Source of the DNA: an uncultured delta proteobacterium
GTDB taxonomy: Bacteria; Desulfobacterota; Binatia; Binatales; Binataceae
Reading direction: 5' to 3'
Assembly (NCBI GenBank): GCA_963842085.1
Contig: CAWJET010000001.1
Span: 2,336,001 to 2,400,000 of the forward strand
DNA length: 64,000 nucleotides
Of this stretch, positions 60,405-64,000 are shown piece after piece. Position 1 is the stretch's first letter. Each line of letters opens with the position of its first letter. A program made the position numbers and the translations under genes. Under the pieces are notes generated by a model. The model had not been told where the DNA came from. It saw only the letters and a program-made list of their open reading frames with translations, and did no database searches.

Positions 60405-61430
60405 CTAACTGCCGGCGGACGTATCAGCTCCCGCCTGCGCGTCGAGCGTGGCCGCACCCGCCGAGCCCAGCAGCGCCTGCAATCTTGCGATGCGCCTGCT
60501 CAGCGGCGGATGCGTCGAAAACAGGTTGGCAAAAAATCCTTCGTCGTCCTCGCGCACGCCTTCGCGCGGATTGACGATGAATAGATGCGCGGTGCCGGCG
60601 GTGCCCGCCTTCAGCGGCGACTCGACTTTCGCGATGTGCTCCAACGCGCGCAGCAGCGCGCGCGGGTTGCGCGTGAACTCAACCGACGACGCATCCGCCA
60701 GGTATTCGCGCTGCCTCGATACCGCCATCGCGAGCAATTGTGAAAAGATCGGCGCCACCGCAGCCAGGACGATCACCGCAACCGTAATCAGCACCGCCGC
60801 CTGGTTGTCGCGATCGTTACTGCTCCTGCCGCGCGCGCCGAATCCGCCGAAGAACATCCAGCGGTACACGAAATCAGAAAGCATCGCGATCCCGCCGACC
60901 ATCACCGCGATCATCATCATCGTACGGATGTCGTAGTCGGCGACGTGCGACATCTCGTGCCCGATTACTCCCTGCAGCTCTTCCCGGTCCATCTCATCGA
61001 CCAGCCCCTGCGTGACACAAATCACGGAATGGGCCGGGTCGCGTCCGGTCGCGAATGCATTGGGCGACGGATCATCGATCAGGTACGGCTTGGGCACCGG
61101 CATCCGCGCCGCGGTCGCCATTTCGTTGATTACGTCGAGCACCATCTGATGCTTGGGTGAGTCGGGCGTGAGCGGGCGCGCATGAACCGAGAGGAGCACC
61201 AGCGACGCACCGCTGTAATATGACATCACCGATTGCATACCGGCGAAAGCCAGTGCCGCAATCGTCAGCACCGGGAACCCGACCAGCTGTCCGTCAACGA
61301 TCGCGACGTCTTGCGCCGCAACATCGAGTCCGAGTCCAAGCGCTCCGAACAGCAGCATGAACCCGGCGACGAGCAGCGCGCTCTCGCGGCGATTGGTCGC
61401 TTCGAGGCTCCTGAAATTGCCTGCTGCCAT
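60405..61430 (-). CDS. htpX: M48 zinc metalloprotease HtpX
   Basis: NAFATG, HEMSH, SRQREYLAD and STHPP. Confidence 0.93.
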   Translation of the reverse strand: MAAGNFRSLEATNRRESALLVAGFMLLFGALGLGLDVAAQDVAIVDGQLVGFPVLTIAALAFAGMQSVMSYYSGASLVLLSVHARPLTPDSPKHQMVLDVINEMATAARMPVPKPYLIDDPSPNAFATGRDPAHSVICVTQGLVDEMDREELQGVIGHEMSHVADYDIRTMMMIAVMVGGIAMLSDFVYRWMFFGGFGARGRSSNDRDNQAAVLITVAVIVLAAVAPIFSQLLAMAVSRQREYLADASSVEFTRNPRALLRALEHIAKVESPLKAGTAGTAHLFIVNPREGVREDDEGFFANLFSTHPPLSRRIARLQALLGSAGAATLDAQAGADTSAGS

Positions 61431-61458
61431 CGAGCATGCTCGCCCGCGATGCGCGTGT

Positions 61459-62019
61459 TCAGGCGCGCGGCGCGGTCATCGAAAGATCAACCTTGGGGAC
61501 GACCTGCTCTTCCGGAGCGCCTTTGAAATATTCCGCGGGCTTGAAACCGAAATTGCTGGCGATGAGATTCGTCGGGAAGGTTTGGATGCGGGTGTTGAGG
61601 TCGAGCACGACGTCGTTGTACGCCTGCCGCGCGTACGCAATTTGATTTTCGGTGGTCGTCAGCTCTTCCTGCAGCTTGAGCACGTTCTCATCGGCTTTCA
61701 ACTGCGGATAGTTCTCCATCACGGCCAGCAGCTTACCCATCCCGGCCGTGATCTGGCTCTCAGCCGCCATGCGCGAAGCCTGGTCGGGCGCGCTGACCGC
61801 CTTGGCGCGCGCCTCGACGACCTGGGTCAGCGTGTCGCGCTCGAACTGCATATAGCCTTTTACGGCTTCGACGAGATTGGGAATCAGATCGTGTCGGCGT
61901 TTCAATTGTACATCGATCTGCCGCCACGAATTATCTACTTGGTTGCGCAGACTGACTAATCGATTATAGGCAAAGGCTGCCCACGCGACGATAGCCACTA
62001 CTATAATCAGAAATACCAT
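61459..62019 (-). CDS. lemA: LemA family protein
   Basis: YNRLV, IDVQLKRRHDLIPNLV, ENYPQLKA and FPTN. Confidence 0.96.
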   Translation of the reverse strand: MVFLIIVVAIVAWAAFAYNRLVSLRNQVDNSWRQIDVQLKRRHDLIPNLVEAVKGYMQFERDTLTQVVEARAKAVSAPDQASRMAAESQITAGMGKLLAVMENYPQLKADENVLKLQEELTTTENQIAYARQAYNDVVLDLNTRIQTFPTNLIASNFGFKPAEYFKGAPEEQVVPKVDLSMTAPRA

Positions 62020-62167
62020 TCGCGATTCCTCCCATGAGAGGTCAGCCCGAAGTGGCTTCGTTTTTCGTTGGCTGCCCCACGGCGCCGGCATTGTCGACCG
62101 TGTCGACTGCCGGCGCCTGGGGCCAAAACTTACCTCGCCGCGGTTCGAAGCGCCCCCAGCGCGCTGG

Positions 62168-62590
62168 CTAGTTGTCGAACTCGACTTTGATCTTGAACGG
62201 TTTGCTCTCGGGTCGCTTCGGCACTGTCACTTCGAGCACTCCGTCCTTGTAGGCCGCCTTGATTCCGTCATGGCTGGCGTCGTCCGGCATCGTGAATGCT
62301 CGGCGCATCGTGCCGTACGCGCGCTCGGACAGATGAACTTCGGCGTCCTTCGACCACTCGGGCCGTTTACGCTCGGCCTCGACGATCAAACTTGCGTCCT
62401 CGACGCGAACATTGACCGACTCGCTGGCGATGCCGGCCATCTCGAAGTAGAAGCGATAACCGTCCGCATCTTCGACCACATCGGCCGCCGGCGCTGCCTT
62501 GCGCGTGGGCTCGACTTCGTTCCACAGCACGTTCCACCGGCGCAGAAGAGAATCATTTGGGGTCAAACCGTTAGTCATCAGCACGTCCAT
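62168..62590 (-). CDS. Hsp20 small heat-shock protein
   Basis: PAADV.E, ERAYG..RRAF and AYKDGVLEVTVPK; AGGAGG SD. Confidence 0.93.
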   Translation of the reverse strand: MDVLMTNGLTPNDSLLRRWNVLWNEVEPTRKAAPAADVVEDADGYRFYFEMAGIASESVNVRVEDASLIVEAERKRPEWSKDAEVHLSERAYGTMRRAFTMPDDASHDGIKAAYKDGVLEVTVPKRPESKPFKIKVEFDN

Positions 62591-62776
62591 TCAGAAGCCT
62601 CCTGCCGAGACAATAATCTCCGGCGTGGTTTTTTATTTCGGGGCGCCCGGCGCGGCGAAAGCTCTATCTGTCTTTCGCTCGAATCGCCTTGCGTCCCACA
62701 AATTGAAGGTAAGTACGAACTCGAGCGCGTCAAGCGATATTTCGTTGGGAACGTCGAAATTCGAGGTAGAAGGCCG

Positions 62777-62980
62777 CTATTTCTGGGGTTCTACCGTTTT
62801 CGAGATGCTCGCGATTTCCTGTGCGAAGCGCGCGGCCATCTTGCTATCGCCGTTGCGTTCGGCGATTTTCATACCCTCATTCAACTCTTTGAGCGCCCGT
62901 GGAATCTCCGCCTTGCCCAGAAACACGCCGACCTTTCGAAAGATGCGGGCGTAGAGCTCTCCTTTTTCGGCGGCATTCAT
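62777..62980 (-). CDS. Small helical hypothetical protein
   Basis: MNAAEKGELYARIFRKVGVFL..., an amphipathic TPR-like helix pair that fills the intergenic gap. Confidence 0.55.
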   Translation of the reverse strand: MNAAEKGELYARIFRKVGVFLGKAEIPRALKELNEGMKIAERNGDSKMAARFAQEIASISKTVEPQK

Positions 62981-63722
62981 GACCGAGCATTCAAGCAACG
63001 AAAACGAAACTCGCGACACGATCCTGGATGGTTCTATCACGCTGATCCAGCCAAAGCACGGTTACCGCTTCTCGATCGACGCGCTCCTGCTCGGCCGCTT
63101 TGCGCGCGCGAGTACGCCCGACCGAGTGCTCGAATTGGGGGCAGGATGCGGCGTCGTATCGATCATGATGGCGGCCCTATATCGACCGCGCGAGGTCGCC
63201 GCAGTCGAGATCCAAAGGTCGTTGGCTGCGATGATCGGCCGTAACGCCGCGCTCAACGGACTTGAATCGGTGCGCGAGATCTGCGCCGATCTGCGACACA
63301 AGAAGATCGCAGGAGTCGACCTCGCGAGCTTCGATCTGGTGGTGGCGAATCCACCCTATCGCGCGGCGGCTGCAGGCCGCGAGAATCCCGACCGCGGCCG
63401 GCGCCTGGCACGCGGCGAGAGCGCCGCAGAGTTGGCAGATTTTGTCGCCGCGGCGCGTCGTTACGCGCGCACCGGTGGCCGCGTCGCATTTGTCTTCACC
63501 GCACGCAGAAGCGCCGAGCTGATTTCCGCGATGCGCTCGAATCAACTCGAACCCAAGCGCATCCGCTTCGTACATCCGCGGATTGCTAAGCCGGCGTCGG
63601 CGATGCTGATCGAGGCCCGCGCGGCTGGCGGAATCGAAGTAGCTATTGAGCCGCCGCTAATACTATATGAACGTCCCGGAATATATACTCCCGAAGCGCG
63701 AGCATTACTCAGCTCATCCTGA
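62979..63722 (+). CDS. tRNA1(Val) A37 N6-methyltransferase-like protein
   Basis: GYRFSIDALLL, LELGAGCG, NPPY and EPKRIRFVH. Confidence 0.9.
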   Translation: MTEHSSNENETRDTILDGSITLIQPKHGYRFSIDALLLGRFARASTPDRVLELGAGCGVVSIMMAALYRPREVAAVEIQRSLAAMIGRNAALNGLESVREICADLRHKKIAGVDLASFDLVVANPPYRAAAAGRENPDRGRRLARGESAAELADFVAAARRYARTGGRVAFVFTARRSAELISAMRSNQLEPKRIRFVHPRIAKPASAMLIEARAAGGIEVAIEPPLILYERPGIYTPEARALLSSS

Positions 63723-63740
63723 CTGACATTTGCGATTGTA

Positions 63741-64000
63741 CTATTCCCCGGACTTGAAGAACTCGATTGCCTGATGTGCGACGTAGTCGGGCTTTTCCAT
63801 CGGCAGGAAATGGCCGGTGTCAGCCACGTCGATCACGCGTCCGTTCTTGAGCTGCTTCGCGACCTTTCCGGACAATGACGCGCCCAGCGAATCGCCGCGC
63901 GCGCCGAACATTAGCAACAGCGGCGTCGTGCAGCGGAGAATTCGCCCGAGTCCGTCGAAATCTCGCGACGCCTCGTAGAATTTTGCCTCGACCTCGGGCG
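63741..64000 (-). CDS. Alpha/beta hydrolase C-terminus (5' part lies outside the window)
   Basis: Own translation: ..TPLLLMFGARGDS..DTGHFLPMEKPDYVAHQAIEFFKSGE*. Confidence 0.8.
   Translation of the reverse strand, partial: PEVEAKFYEASRDFDGLGRILRCTTPLLLMFGARGDSLGASLSGKVAKQLKNGRVIDVADTGHFLPMEKPDYVAHQAIEFFKSGE

Overview
GC-rich bacterial chromosome segment. The gene content (acyl-CoA dehydrogenase, SCP-x-type thiolase with a DUF35 partner, F420-type LLM enzyme, P450/ferredoxin, outer-membrane porin) would fit a diderm soil organism such as Candidatus Binatia, but that is inference only. Housekeeping and metabolic genes include rodA, amtB, mnmE, a DEAD-box helicase, msrB, a full Rrf2-yezD-porin-sbp-cysTWA sulfate uptake operon, a partial oxidative L-fucose-type cluster, pobA, ssrA (tmRNA) with smpB, and lemA-htpX. 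Interspersed with these are many small accessory insertions. Main observations: (1) a secreted protein with 11 tandem 30/31-aa repeats that are about 21% tryptophan, followed by a Gln-rich coiled coil; (2) three unrelated single-gene cargos (KdpD-N/USP, Mrr, TylF), each bracketed by a diverged 35-100 bp direct duplication of the end of the neighbouring gene, with no recombinase; (3) an integrase-less island of about 8.5 kb at the tmRNA 3' end carrying ackA, xfp, a proton P-type ATPase and ppk2; (4) an AT-richer two-gene cassette with a divergent dCTP deaminase, a candidate defence module; (5) a modular palindromic repeat family that appears to supply TACAAT promoter boxes to adjacent genes; (6) a convergent hicA/hicB pair. 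All alignments and counts were made by eye and no database searches were run.
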